A stretch of DNA of 63,218 nt, the filler included, from Reticulomyxa filosa (lineage: Eukaryota; Protista; Foraminifera), in the NCBI GenBank assembly GCA_000512085.1. It is 17 parts of 17 records of this genome, joined end to end, with 100 filler letters (N's around TTAATTAATTAA, not from the genome) between each part and the next. Parts side by side here need not be neighbours in the genome. Positions count along the whole stretch, not along the records: positions 6,198 to 24,062 come from ASPP01025887.1; positions 24,163 to 25,656 come from ASPP01026716.1; positions 25,757 to 27,332 come from ASPP01038130.1; 14 more parts are not named here. One strand, 5' to 3'. The notes under the pieces are model-generated. The model was given only the letters and a program-made list of their open reading frames with translations. It made no database searches and was not told the origin of the DNA. Of this stretch, positions 13,399 through 26,551 are shown piece after piece (the stretch's first letter is position 1; the number at the start of each line of letters is the position of its first letter). Both the position numbers and the translations under genes were made by a program.

Positions 13399-13719
13399 GT
13401 TTTTCGTTTAAACAGATCAGGAGTTCTTTAGCTTTTTTAATCTTTTTTCTTGCGCTTATTATGTGCTACCTTTCACTTTTTTTTAGATTTTTGTCTTTTT
13501 TTTGTGTATGCCCTCTTTTGACTATTCATCAGATTGTTATTGTTTTTGCTTTTTGCCCATTTGATTTATAAACTTGTTGGCATGTTCATATTGATGTGTA
13601 ATGTTTTAAAAACATTTTTAGGTAATGACTTTGTATAATCCAACACACGTTTTTTAACAAAAAAACTATTGTTTCCACAAAAAAAACTCAAAAAGTGCTC
13701 TTATATAATTTCTTTTATC

Positions 13720-14333
13720 ATGGCGCAAGGAAATGAGGATACCTCTGATCAATTAATTCGCTATTCTGAAAAGTATTGTAGTACAAGTCCCTATTCTAAA
13801 GGTTTGAACTCGGGAGGACCCGAGGAACCCCCAGTGGGTTAAACTTCCTTTACAACCTTCTTCACTTTGCCTTGTTTTGTTTTCCTCTTTTTCGTGTCAT
13901 TTCTCGTTAATTTGTTTTAATTTACTTGTTTGTTGACAATCAGGCTCTTTGAGCAAAAAAGCACTTTCGTATTATATTTAGTGCGAGCTCTTTTCTGGCT
14001 GACGTCTTACAGTATCAAGACCAATATTTTGAATACAGGCATGTGACAATACCTAAGTCACTAATTCCACTAATTCCGTCTCATCGTTTGTTATCAGAAC
14101 CAGAATGGAGACAAATAGGAATTCAACAATCAAGAGGTTGGCAGTATTACATGTTGCATAAACCAGAGACTAATATATTACTGTTTCGAAGGTTTCATAT
14201 TCAATATTCATTCATTTTTTTGTTATAATCAAACAATTATTTTTTTAGACCTGTGGGAACAAATAATACCACTGGTAAAATTCTTGTTAATTGGGTATCC
14301 CCACCTAAACAACAGGACATTTTGAAAAGATAA
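13720..14333 (+). CDS. CKS1: Cyclin-dependent kinase regulatory subunit CKS (Cks1/Suc1), interrupted by an insertion
   Basis: MAQ..LIRYSEKY / QDQYFEYRHVTIPK..LLSEPEWRQIGIQQSRGWQYYMLHKPETNILLFR / RPVGT..*; GT-AG intron 14192-14248. Confidence 0.92.
13777..14011. mobile_element. 235-bp insertion with TGTA...TACA ends and GTAT target-site duplication (solo-LTR-like or Ginger/MITE-like)
   Basis: GTAT at 13773-13776 and 14012-14015; termini TGTAGTAC / GTCTTACA form a 6/8 inverted match; precise removal restores the conserved CKS sequence YSEKYQDQYFEY. Confidence 0.7.
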
Positions 14334-14907
14334 ATCTTATTAATGCATACATTGTTGGCTATTACATTTGTAATTTTTAAATAGAATGAAAGTAACAGTT
14401 GACATTTAATATAAACATTGCTTTGAGTTTGCTTCCATTTTTTAATTTGATGTTTTGTATCAACCTTGAAAAAGACAATCAGTTTTTTTAAAATTTTTGT
14501 AAAAAAATTGTTTTGTATATGATGCGACGCAACTGTGGATATAAATAAAGTCGGATGTGAATGCATTAATTTTATTGGACCAATTTTTAAAACATGTTAT
14601 AATGGTTTGTTGAATAGTCAAAAGCAGATGTATATTTGGCTTAAAAAAATGTTTATTTAGTTGCATAGAATTAACTCTTGAATATGTTTAAATTTTAACC
14701 ACTTTAACGACAGTTAAAGAAGATTAAAAAGTTAATACTTTAATTTACACTCAAATTATTTATCAGTAAGATGGTCAATTGTTTAATTTTTAAGAGTTTT
14801 AAAGACAAAGAAATTCCATATTTTGAATCCGACGATGTCAATATTTTGTTTATTTTTGCTCATTGTTTAAGAATACGGCAAAAACATTTTGTGATGAAAA
14901 AAACATT

Positions 14908-17900
14908 TTAATAAATGACACCTCTGCCAAAATACTCGGCCACTTTGCCAAATGCATCACCTTGGCCGTGAGCTTGCTTTAATTGTGCAAAAAAGCCATC
15001 ATGATCGCCTTTACTCTTTTCCATTCCTCTTTGTTTGGAAAATACTATTTTCCCCCCAAGTATACCATATTATTTATTTGTGGGGATAATTTGTACAAGA
15101 CTTAACTTTCTTCGTGGTCATCCGCGCATTTGGGGCATTTGACTTCTTTGGTGTGCAAGCATCTTGAATGAAACGAATGTCCACATAAGAAATGAATGGT
15201 AGGAAGTTCTAATTGCATGTTACACTCAGCACATTTGGTGCCCTGGAATGTTTTGGCCTTGGTGCTCAATTCCTCGATTTGCCTTTCCATTTTGGTAATA
15301 TCTTTCTTGTGTTGCTCAATTTCTTTTTCATCTTGTTCAATTTGTAATTGTTGTTGATGCAAATCATTGATGATATATTCGCGAATGACATCGATACTTA
15401 CCTCCGTTTCGCTCAGTAATTCAATAATCATTAATGGGGGAAGCAAGTTCGATTTAGAAATTTGATCTAAACATATTTTAATTTCACGATCACACTTTTT
15501 GCTATTGCTTGATTTAATGAAATAAATAAACGCATGGGTCCACAAAGAAGGATCGCTATTGCTAAATTGACGACATGCGGCAATTACATTATCATAATCT
15601 TCTTTCTCCTGATAATGTTGTACCACTTCATGAAACAAATTCATTTTTGTATATAAATACAGCACTGCTTGTTCGATTCGATACATCTTACCCAAGGCTA
15701 ACGCATGAGTCATATCATATTTATTCTCTTCAGATCCAAGAAGTTGCATAATCTTTCTCTCGGCTGATTCTACTTCTTCTCTCTGCTGATCTGACAAATT
15801 TGCTTTGAGACGAGCTTCATACTATTCCAATATTCGAATTTAAACAAAAAACATATTTTCACAATTATTGTAACTAATTTTTTAGATAGTATAAGTGAGA
15901 AAGAGAAAGGAAAAAACTCACGGCATCTTTCATATAAATTTCGAGTAGCGTATTATATACTGTGTTATTACAGGAATTGGGCTGTTCGTTCGTCAAATAC
16001 TCCAAAAATTCTTTCAGTTCTTTTTGCTTTCTCACAAATAAATGAATGAATGAATCTGGAGTAGCCTGTATTCTCTTTCTTTTGTCTACGGTTGAGCTAT
16101 TATCTTAATATCATATCCCCCGATCCCAAATATAAAAACAAAACAAATTACGCAAAGATTTTGACATGACGTAAACAAGCAAAAATTGTATTTGAATTAA
16201 TAAATCGTTTTGTTGTTTTGTTTTACCAGATTGTTGTTGGAAAAAGCCGGAGCACAATTGCTTCAAAATTTCCGTAGCACCTTTAGGCTCCTTTTCAATT
16301 AATGTTTTACCAAACCTTTTCATGTTTTTTTCGGCATTCAAAAAGTCTAGTTTTTGAATGTAGAATAACGCCTCTTGATATTTTTGCAAGTCTCCCAACG
16401 ATCCCTCTTCCAGCAACAATTCAATGAAAATTTCGTGACGTTCATTTTGTTTGGCCAATCTACGGGCGTGTTCCAATAGCCCTGCTTCACGACATACTCG
16501 TATGGCAGTATCGACGTCAAAGTTCGGAGGCTGTTTTTGATCCGAGGAATCGGTCCGTGGAGTGATGAATTCATCCAATTTGTGACTATCTTTCAATTTC
16601 GTGTAGCAATTCAACAGTAATGTTGTGTGATCCTTCGTTGGTTTGCCCTTTTCGTGTAATCGGGCTAAATACAATGTCAAGTTGTTGATTTTCTGAGCAT
16701 CTAAAAACTTTCGAATTATGTATGAGGGTTGAATTGGTGAATCAGGATGAATTGTATGTAAGTATTGCTCCATGGCTGCATCATATTCACCCTTGCTGAA
16801 TCAATCACAACAACGACAGGAAAAAAGGAGCGAAAGAAAAAAAAAAAATGAGCTCATTTACTGATTAAAAGTAAGTAAAAAAAAATTGCTTCATGTTTGT
16901 GTTATGTGTAGTTTTTGTTTGTCTTCTCTGCAAAACTCGTAGTAATGATCACCATAATCACGATAGTACTCCATAATTTTGAATTCGTTTTCGCCTTCAC
17001 TTCGAGCTAACTTAATGGCTGTGTCGTACATATGGGAGCGGAAAAATTCATTCAACTTTTCTTGCAGGTCTTTATCGCGCAGTTTGATTAATTGATGTTT
17101 GGTCAAAATGAACACACTTCCCCATTCGTGGATAATGTCAATCAAATCATCGTACAATCTTCGAAATGCAATATATTTATTGGGATGATCATAAATAATC
17201 ACTTCTACGCGGTTTTCTTTTCCTTGTTTCATCCCGCCAACTCCACTCGTTACTATTATGAAATACCTACGAAAGCTTCTTGCCATTTTTTTTTCTCCAG
17301 GAAAGGCGTGTAAACCGCGCGGATCATTATAATCGTATTGATGGACAGTCTTTTTTTTTTTTTTTAATAAGGTTAATTCTTTCATTATTTTGTTATAATT
17401 ATTATTGTTGTTATTACAAAAATAAAATAACTTCTTGTTTTGCCACAATCAATTGCTTTGCACTATCTAACACAGAGCAGTCCGCAGCGCATCCGCCCTC
17501 AGAATCAACCGTTTGCTTTTTTTATGTATTTATTTCGTGAGATGAAAAAAGATTGAGAAGACAAAAAAAAAAAAAAAAATCATAAGTCCATCAAAATACA
17601 TCATTATTACACAAGATAAAAAGATAGTGGCACAAAAGTACGCAAGTAACCATAATAGGATTTCTCGCTCGAATTTGAAAACTAACGATTTTGACAGTGG
17701 TTACAACATAGAGCAAGGTATTTTGATTTTCTTCGCGATAGTGTAGACCAGTTACTGGAGAGGGATTTTCTTTCGTTATTTCTCTTTCGCGGTGGTTCTT
17801 TTCTTTTGATTGCAAGTTCAAATCAAACACTTTCACTACTCCATTCGTGCAGCCCACGGCAATTTGGCTTCCATCGTCAGTTGCTGCTAACGCGGATGCC

Positions 17901-18640
17901 TTTTTTATTTTATTTCAATGGAAAGAATTAAAAAACGTATACGTATCCTACTATCTGAGTACATGTGTTTTAGGAACATAGAGAAAGAGAAATGAATGAC
18001 AAATGCGAGGAGAGAAGGAAGGAGAAAAAAAAGGTAGATACAAATAAACATCAACAAAAGTTAAACTGGTATGTACGTGCTGCCCTGAGGAAATATTTTA
18101 AAACTTTTGACTTTTTTTGGTTTGCCATACTCATCGATATCAACAGCATCCAACGAAAAAATATTAATGATAAAATTCCTCACTGCTTGGAGGGGCAGCT
18201 GGGATATCACTGTGCCTTCCCAACACAATTAACAAGTTACTTTGTTTGGTTTTTACAATTTTGGTAATTCGGGAAGAATGAGAAACAAATTTCCTTATTT
18301 GCAAATCTCGATTGATCACCGCAATTTTTCCATCCGCACCGCCAAAACACAATAGTCCATATCCTGCGCTTGCACACACTGGTTCAAAATCTTCAAATAA
18401 ATTCAAACCACTACTCCCACTCTCTTCTTTTGAATCGTTATTCATCATCGTCGCGTTCATCAAATCCTTTCCTTGTCTTGGACGGCCACTGTTGCGTAAA
18501 GCCGCAGAATTATTTCCTGATTCTATTTTTTGTTCTCCGTCGTCTGCTAATATCTCGCTGTCAAAAAACTCAAAGCGGCGATATATCGAGGTGACGCCTC
18601 GATTAATCGTGCTTTTGGATTTTGATTGATTAAAATCCAT
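14908..18640 (-). CDS. VPS11: Vacuolar protein sorting 11 (HOPS/CORVET subunit), multi-exon
   Basis: N-terminal RRFEFFD; YGDHYY; PSYIIRKFLDAQKINNLTLYL..HTTLLLNCYTKLKD; RING KTFQGTKCAECNMQLELPTIHFLCGHSFHSRC..CPKC; C-terminal VAEYFGRGV. Confidence 0.93.
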
Positions 18641-18919
18641 TGATCGCAGCACCTTTGAAGTTAGAATTAATTTGCTTCAAATTAGTGGCTGACGGGTTGT
18701 TTCCCCTTTCGAGACACAATTTCTTTTTTTTTGCGATATCAATTCGACTGTTACGAGTACAAAGTTTCAGCACCAAATTTATTGAGCAATAAGAAAAATT
18801 TTTTGTGTTGCCTTTAAAAGTTACGTCAATAATATTACACGTTCAAATTTATTTCTGATAGCACGCTTCCAAAAAAAGGGATACGTTTTTTGAGATTTTG
18901 CACTACACTTTAATCAACA

Positions 18920-21900
18920 ATGCCTTCAAAAGATTTGTTTGATGTAATGGAGCACTATGTTTCCTTGGTATTGTATGGTATTGATACATTATTGCTATTG
19001 GTTTGGCTTGTCGAATTATTTTGCCTGAGGAAACAGAAGTGCAAGCAAATGCCAGCTGCTTTCATAGTTGTGTCGGCATCGTTAGGAATGACATGGATAA
19101 GCGGTACTTTGTTTTTCTTGTTGCGGATTATGCTGATAGCTCATAATAGTTCACATTCTGACTTGTCAGCATCTATTAATACATTAGGCCTGCTTTGTCA
19201 TTATGTGGCATTAGCAGGGTTGATATGTAAATGGATTAGTAAATTTTGCATTTGGTTCTTTTATGTAATTCGAGGAAGAGCTGTAGCATCGGTGTTACAC
19301 ACCAACATTCGATGGGTTGTCAAAAAATCCCCATATTTTGTAGTTATTCCTTTTATTTTTATAATTTTCCTTCTTTAAAAAAGGTCACTATTTATTTTCA
19401 ATAAACGTATCGTGTGAACTGACTTTTGTGGTTACGTGTACATATACTTATTTTTTTGACAGGCAGCAAATTGTATGGGTTTTTGTGTGGCTCTGGCACT
19501 AACAACCGGTGGAGGCTATCATGAACATGAGAAATGGTGTCGTTACACTGTTCCTGTTTGGGAATTGCTCGTATTTCTTTTGCTGGGTGATATCGTGTAT
19601 TGCTTTGGATTTTTATTGCTTTTCTGGAAAGTTTAGTTTCCATTTACATTTTTTCGCATTTACGTCAGTGAGACCACTTCTCCCATTCAAGTTCATTTTC
19701 AACCTTCAAAAGAAAAGTTCTCCCACTGACGGTGTTATCACGTGTAAAAAAAATAATACTCTTTTTTTTTTTTTTTTTTCAATATAAAAGAGACCAAAAT
19801 TTACGCACACAAATAATAATAATAAAAAAAAGGGGTATGGGGAAGCCCTAAATCAAGTATTGCAAAACATGTCGCAAAAAGATCGAAAAAGAACAACAAG
19901 CTATTTGTATAAACATTTGGTAGCATACATTGTCCAGATGATATTTAGTGTGCTTAGCTACACCTATTTGTTTTTGCAAAAGGCCGATTTTTTGAGTATC
20001 GGATTTACGCAATTCGACTTGACGGCGAGCAATTTGTGCTTGTTTTTCCTATTTGAAAAACGACAGCGATTCTACCAGAAGTGCTTGCGTTGCTTGTGTT
20101 TTGGTCCTTTATTGAAGGGTACTTGCGACGATTGTGGTCATTGCAATCTAGCACTGCAGCTGTTCTCACATCATAGATTATCTTCGGGTATTGATGATAA
20201 CAAGAAAAAAGTCCACTCTCCATCGAGTCGTCTTGATCTCTCTTCTATGCCTTCTTCCAGTCCTTCCTTTGGGAGCAAACGTATACACTACAACGCTGAC
20301 GTATTTTTTTCGAATCATTGGAATGATACTGTTTTGCCGATACCAAAGGAAGGAATCCCTGAGAATGCACCGATTCCGGACTTTGCCAAAACGCACATTC
20401 TCAAAACCACGATGCCGTGGCATTTAACCGATAAACGAAACATTGAGCTCGCGATTCAGAAAATCAATTCCAATGAGATTGATGCACCGTCATCCGTCGA
20501 TCTCAATTTTGAACCAAAGTCGAGAGAAACCATTGAACAAAAGGACAAAAGTAATTTTTTAAAAAACAATGAGTGTACTGTTTTAGATTTATTATCTTTT
20601 TGTATTATGTTGTAACTTTTTGAATATACACATACTTACATTTATAAAAAAAAAAATTAATGTAAAGCTCAAGAGGTGACAAGCCTGACAGAGAATGACA
20701 AGGCAGGTGCATTATTAGTATCGATTCATCAAGTCGCGTTAGAAATGCAAGTTCAGTATGCAAAGGCTAATGAATTACTGGGCTTACAAGATCGTGGTAG
20801 CAGCAAAGAGCTACGTGAAAGCAGGACTGCAATAAAAAAAGGTGCGTTGCCTTTGTCTCAAGCTTCTCAACACCCTGACCGCTCAGCCGATACATCTACT
20901 CTTTATGCCGTACAAGAATCCCGTCACTCACATTCCAGCAGTTCTGCTATTTTTTTTCTTATTTCAACACCTCTCCCCCTTTGCCTCATTTTGGCTCGTG
21001 CTTGCAATAATTTACGTATACATATATGTACACTTTTGTTTTTGCATGTGTGTGGATAACACTACTTAGAGAACGAAACATCGAAGACAAACATAACACA
21101 AGGGCGGAATAAGAACAATGACGATAGTAACGAGCAAAATCATTCAAGATCACAAGGCAGTATGAGTGGTCACAGCTACCATTTCAAAATCGAAACACAG
21201 GCCGACGAACTGCAAATGGTTGCGCCACAAAGGTGTCGAACTACAGCAACAGAGATACATCAAAAACAGAGCAGAAACAAAAGAAGACGAAGCATTAGAA
21301 TCACCATTGCCATTGCAATCAGTAATGCTAGCGCAAGGCTTTGCGGAACACATGCACAACGACAAAAAGTTAGCCAATGGCAACGCTGGTCATTTCAAAC
21401 ATTTCTGGACTCCTCATTCGACAGATGCAATTGGATCAAATGTAAAGCCCTCGACGAATTCATCCAGACCAAAGCTGTTGATTGGAAGTGCGTCCGACAA
21501 TACACAGCTGAAGCAGTCACAGGCCCTTCGGCAGCCTTCTTCTGCTCGAGGATACCCTCCGAACATCAACGTGGGGGCGACAGTCCTCGCAAAGCCTTTG
21601 GCTCGAAGTGGGTCTCCACAAGTCAACCACATAGCTAAACATGTACCACCTCCAACCACACAACCAAATAACGTTTCTGCTTCTTCTGGACCGCTCCATC
21701 TGCCTCGAAGCATGTCTGCCAAAAAATACAACAAGAATTACCATTTTGCAGTTTGTTTTTTTTTAAACTTTTTTTTATTGTTGCTTGGCCATATTGTTTG
21801 TATACGTTGCAAATCAAAGCATTGAAACCTCTAAATACATTTACACACATATATGTATATGTACATACTGTATCACTAGCAGCCAAATCAATTGTACAAT

Positions 21901-22523
21901 GCTGTAGTGGACACCGATAATAAAGATTTTTTAAATGTGTTGCCGTCACATCAGCGTTCGAACGTGCCAGAGGCGGAGTCGCCTGATAACGACAGCGATG
22001 ACGAGGGGCAACACGAAAAGTATCAGCAGCGGGAGTGTAGTGCCCCTCCAGTCATGATCCACGGCGATATGGATGTACCCGACACGAAAAATCCGTTGCA
22101 CTCGCAAAGGGTACATGTAGTGAACACGGAAGGCACTGGTCGTGCTGAACACACTGCCAAGACCACTGAAAAATCACTGTCGATGAGTGTACGTGCTACG
22201 TCCCATCAGAAGTTTCAAATATTCGCGCATACCATGCAGTCTTCCATTCGTTCTTTTGTCCATCGTTCGGAATATTCTCACAGTCAACACTCGGAAAAAC
22301 TTTTGACACATTCACAGGTAATAATTTTTTTATTTTTTTTATGTAAATAATAATTACAATAATACACTGGCTTTGCTTTTGTGGTGGGATGCAATCGACA
22401 AAGGAGGAAGAGAATATTCCTGAAAAAGGGATTGGACATGTGGTGAATCAAGATATCAAGACTGAAGATTTTTACAATTTAACCAAAAATGATTCGGATG
22501 ATGATAATGAAACTGCTTTGTAA
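18920..22523 (+). CDS. Multipass membrane protein (GPCR-like) with long low-complexity cytosolic tail, multi-exon
   Basis: Several hydrophobic segments in ORFs 18920-19378, 19509-19787 and 19860-20050, followed by Ser/Pro/Gln-rich exons to TAA at 22521-22523. Exon joins not fully resolved. Confidence 0.55.
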
Positions 22524-22995
22524 CATTGCTTATCAAATCGATTTTTTTTTCCTTTTAATATTTTATGTTACATTGTCTATATATTTCTTCGCTTTCGTTT
22601 CTTTTTTAATTTTAAACTTTTTTGTTTTTACTTTGGTTCTTCCTATTTTTGTGTTTTTTTTGAAGAAATCAATCTGTTTGCCCAATCTTTTTCGTATATG
22701 GTTTTCATAGGGTCAACACATTAATTGGAAATGAATTTTTTTTGTTGTCTTTTCGCGTGTGGTGTCTAGCTTGCTACTTGTAACCGCTTGTAAAACTGAT
22801 AACTCTCCTTCATCTCGTTATTTTTTTCATTGAATCATATTTTATTTTTTCAATAATTTCTTTGTTGTAACTCTTAAACTTTTTTTTGCAATTTATCAGT
22901 CGAAGAGACGGTTGTATAGTTAATCGTTTTCAGTGTTTCACAAACAGGACAAAGCTTTTTTTTAGACATTAATATAATCTGCGTTCATCTTGGCA

Positions 22996-24062
22996 ATGAC
23001 GACGTCGATCCCCAGCGAAGTTGGACTGAATGTATTGCAAATGACTTGGCTGTTGGCACCACATAAAGGTGAATTTGTGGAAAGATTTGGTGAGGCTGAG
23101 ACCTCTGGAGTATATTTGTACAGCGACGAGAGTAAAAAAGGAATGCCGGGACAATTCGTTTCAAGAGCGTAATAAACGTAACGAATACGGATTTCGGCAA
23201 AAAAGGCGAGCGTACCCCTGCGGCGTTCGGTCAGTACAATAGAGTGTTGGCAATTTGGAAAGAAGATCGTTCAGTGTACTACCTCGTATTTGCGGATGAC
23301 GAAACAAGACTGCGTTGGGCAACTATAATTAAAAATGGTATTGAAAAAAGGGATCACCTTTCGAAAACTCTCCAACTGCCGTCAGCCACGTCGACGAACG
23401 AGAGTGTTACCAAAAGTATGAACCAAAAACAAGACAAGCAAAATCAACAAACAAACAAACAAAAAAGTAGCAAAAAAAAAAAAAAAAACGTTGCCTTACA
23501 TTGCATAGTTTTTGCCAATGGTGTTTGTCAAATCAATAAAACGTAAGGATGTACCCCTCACCCAAATGTTGCATACCTATATATGTACATATTCCAAATG
23601 CTGTATCTTTGCGTGCATATGTCAGTATATGTACGTATCGTGATTAACGTTTGCTGTGTTTGTTTATGTTGTATATAATTAAATATGTATATATAAATAT
23701 ACATGTATATAACATGTGCATATATTGGGAACATTTCGTACTCTCCCCTGCAGACGAAAGCAAACGAAGAAAGGCAATGCAATTTCCAATTCCTGGGATG
23801 ATATTGCATCACTTCACTAATCGAATCTACCGCGAATTAGTGAAGTACTACTACGTGAAGCGCCCACAAGAAGACATGCAATACGAGATAGTCGAAGAGA
23901 AGTATACAAATGCATTCGTATCTCCTATTGGGTCATACGCTCTGCTGACTATCCTTTGGTGTGGTGCCGACGAGGAGTCCAAGACTTGTCAACAATTAAA
24001 ACAGTATCTGACCAAAATGCCAAAGTATCAAGATTTCAGTTATGTCATTAATAATAATAATA
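22996..24062 (+). CDS. PH-domain-containing protein, 3' partial
   Basis: After a frameshift in the A-run at ~23134: YLYSDESKK.NAGTIRF..VYYLVFADDETRLRWATIIKNGI, typical of a PH C-terminal strand and helix with conserved W. Downstream exon ~23754-24040. Confidence 0.55.
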
Positions 24063-24179
24063 NNNNNNNNNNNNNNNNNNNNNNNNNNNNNNNNNNNNNN
24101 NNNNNNTTAATTAATTAANNNNNNNNNNNNNNNNNNNNNNNNNNNNNNNNNNNNNNNNNNNNGAAATGCTAAAGAGCGT

Positions 24180-24385
24180 CAATTTCTGCTTAGAAAATAA
24201 AGAAGAACATGCCATAAGTCGGAAAAAATTATGAAAAAAAAAAGAAAATAATGAATTTTCCTTCTTTAACTCCAATTGAAAATCTTTGGTGGATAGTAAA
24301 GACAATGATTCACAAAAAAGGACCATTTAATATCACGGAAGAACTTTAGAACTAATTCGAAACAGAATGGGAAAAAATAAAAACC
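24180..24385 (+). mobile_element. Degenerate Tc1/mariner (IS630) transposase C-terminal fragment
   Basis: PSLTPIENLWWIVK..EEL*N*FETEWEKI resembles the SPDLNPIENLW..K....W..I motif; in-frame stops. Confidence 0.7.
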
Positions 24386-24599
24386 TTAATAAAGTAGATA
24401 CCAAATAATTAAATTTTAAAAAACAAATTTATTATATTTAAGCACTCCACAAAAATTTTTTTTAAAGTAAATGAAAGAAAGACTTAATAAAAACCAAAAT
24501 GATATTTAAAAACTACACAATTTGTAGATCTTTTTTTTAAAAATTTTGATTAAACACAATCATCAACTTTCTTTTTTATCTTAATGTACTTCAAGTGAT

Positions 24600-24910
24600 T
24601 GCATTCCTTCAGGTTTGAATGCTGTAATGGCTTGGGAATTTCATTTTATTTTGATGTCTGAATGTGATGCCCGGTCTTATCAGCTGCTAGTAACAGCTTA
24701 AATTTGTTCGACCAAATGAATACTTCATCCAGACTTTGCTGCAATAATTGCAATTAATCATTCATTTCATCAATATAATCTGTAAATATCGATGTCCGAA
24801 GTGCAACGTTATAAGCACACATTAAATTGGCTGCTGAACGACTGTTGGTAAATCATTAATGTACAATATTGGGGACAAAGCAGATCCTTGGGGAACTCTA
24901 GCATTGAATT
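24600..24910 (-). mobile_element. Degenerate non-LTR retrotransposon reverse transcriptase fragment
   Basis: FNARVPQGSALSPILYINDLP followed by decayed (F)ADD-like AYNVAL; stops and indels. Confidence 0.75.
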
Positions 24911-25199
24911 CAATCTAATTTAAATTCATTTATTATCTTATCATATGCTACAGAGATATAAATAACACAGTATATTTTTTTGTTGGTTGCAGTGGGAGCG
25001 TGTCAAATGTTGGACTACTATCTCGCTTCATCTTCAACTCACTGCTTTTGCCCTTTCTAGTCAAAAGAGCACAGTGCTCAAAAGAAGCACAAGAAAAAAA
25101 AAATACAAAATCTTACAACGACCAAAAAAGTCCATGCAAAAATAATCAAAAGAAAAACAATAAAGTTATTTCAATTTAAATTGAGATTTATCTTGAAGA

Positions 25200-25656
25200 A
25201 AACTTGACAATATTCCAAATCATTTTCTTAGTATCGATTACGAACTTAGCTGCTGCTTTCAAAACTTTGACTCTGACATCTGGTTTCCACGATCGATCAC
25301 CAATAATAAATTGTTTCATTTATAGTGAAGATACATTGATATCTGGAAGCAATTCTTGGACATTTGCCCACCAATTACGACGTAATTCACTATACTGCAA
25401 ACATTCAATCAGGAAATGCTATTCTTCATCACACCAAACACAATCAGGAGAATATGATCTTTGGATATTATATAAATAATCATTCAATCCAACTTTGTCA
25501 ATAATGAACGCAATACAATCTTTTCAAAAGCTTGTGCATTTGATAGGAAATATCGTGGCATTTTATGTCTTGGAATATCAATAACTCATAAATCCAATGT
25601 CTGTTCCATTGCCCTGTAAAGAAGGGATTTAATCCATGATTATTCAGGAATGCAGC
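25200..25656 (-). mobile_element. Degenerate non-LTR ORF2 C-terminus with CCHC zinc knuckle
   Basis: PDCVWCDEE*HFLIEC at ~25450-25400. Confidence 0.5.
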
Positions 25657-25756
25657 NNNNNNNNNNNNNNNNNNNNNNNNNNNNNNNNNNNNNNNNNNNN
25701 TTAATTAATTAANNNNNNNNNNNNNNNNNNNNNNNNNNNNNNNNNNNNNNNNNNNN

Positions 25757-26551
25757 TGAAATATCAACACACAAAACAGCATTTTCATGTCCATTGAAAA
25801 TATGTAACGATTTTGATGTTTCAACATCCCATAAACGAATTGTTTTGTCATCAGATCCAGAACACAAATATCTACCATCATTAAATGATGAAAATTCAAT
25901 TCCATAAACACTACCAGTGTGTCCATTGAATATTTGTAATTGTTTATTACGTTTGAAATCCCAAAAACGAATGATGTTGTCATCTGATGAAGAACAAATG
26001 ACATTTTGGCAATGATTATGGCGATGATATGATGAAAATTTCACACAAAACACTCTACTTGAATGTCCATTGAATGATTGAATTTGTTTGTTGTTATCAA
26101 CATCCCATACACGAACTGTTCTATCATCTGATCCAGAACAAATGACTTGACAATCATCAAATGTTGAATAATCAATACTATACACCACATTAGAATGTCC
26201 AGTGAATGTATTGATTAATTTGGATGATGAACGAAATGTTTCAAACATGAAGATAGTATATGTCTATGTTAAATAAATATCAAATATTTTGATTAGTATT
26301 TAAAAAAAGAAAGAACAAATAAACTAACATAATTGACAACAAATTTGTCAAAATCTTGGATCCATCCTAATTGGACGTTTAATGTTCTAATCCAATATTG
26401 AATAATTACTTTGATTTCTTCTTTTGACAGATTTATCTGAAATTACAACAAATCAAGTCTTAAAAGTAGCTCTTTCTGAAGAATAAGTTAAAATGAAATG
26501 TACCGCTGACTGTTGTGCTGGTGGTACTTTTTTACTGACAGAATTTCCCAT
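25757..26551 (-). CDS. WD40-repeat protein of a lineage-expanded family, 3 exons, 3' partial
   Basis: Exon1 MGNSVSKK..; exon2 EEIKVIIQYWIRTLNVQLGWIQDFDKFVVNY; exon3 GHSNVVYSIDYS..ICSGSDDRTVRVWDV repeats. Confidence 0.88.

Noticed and set aside
13773-14015. Group I, group II or U12 intron in CKS
   Set aside because: No frame-restoring junction has U|...G or GUGYG...AY ends, and there is no RTATCCTT donor.
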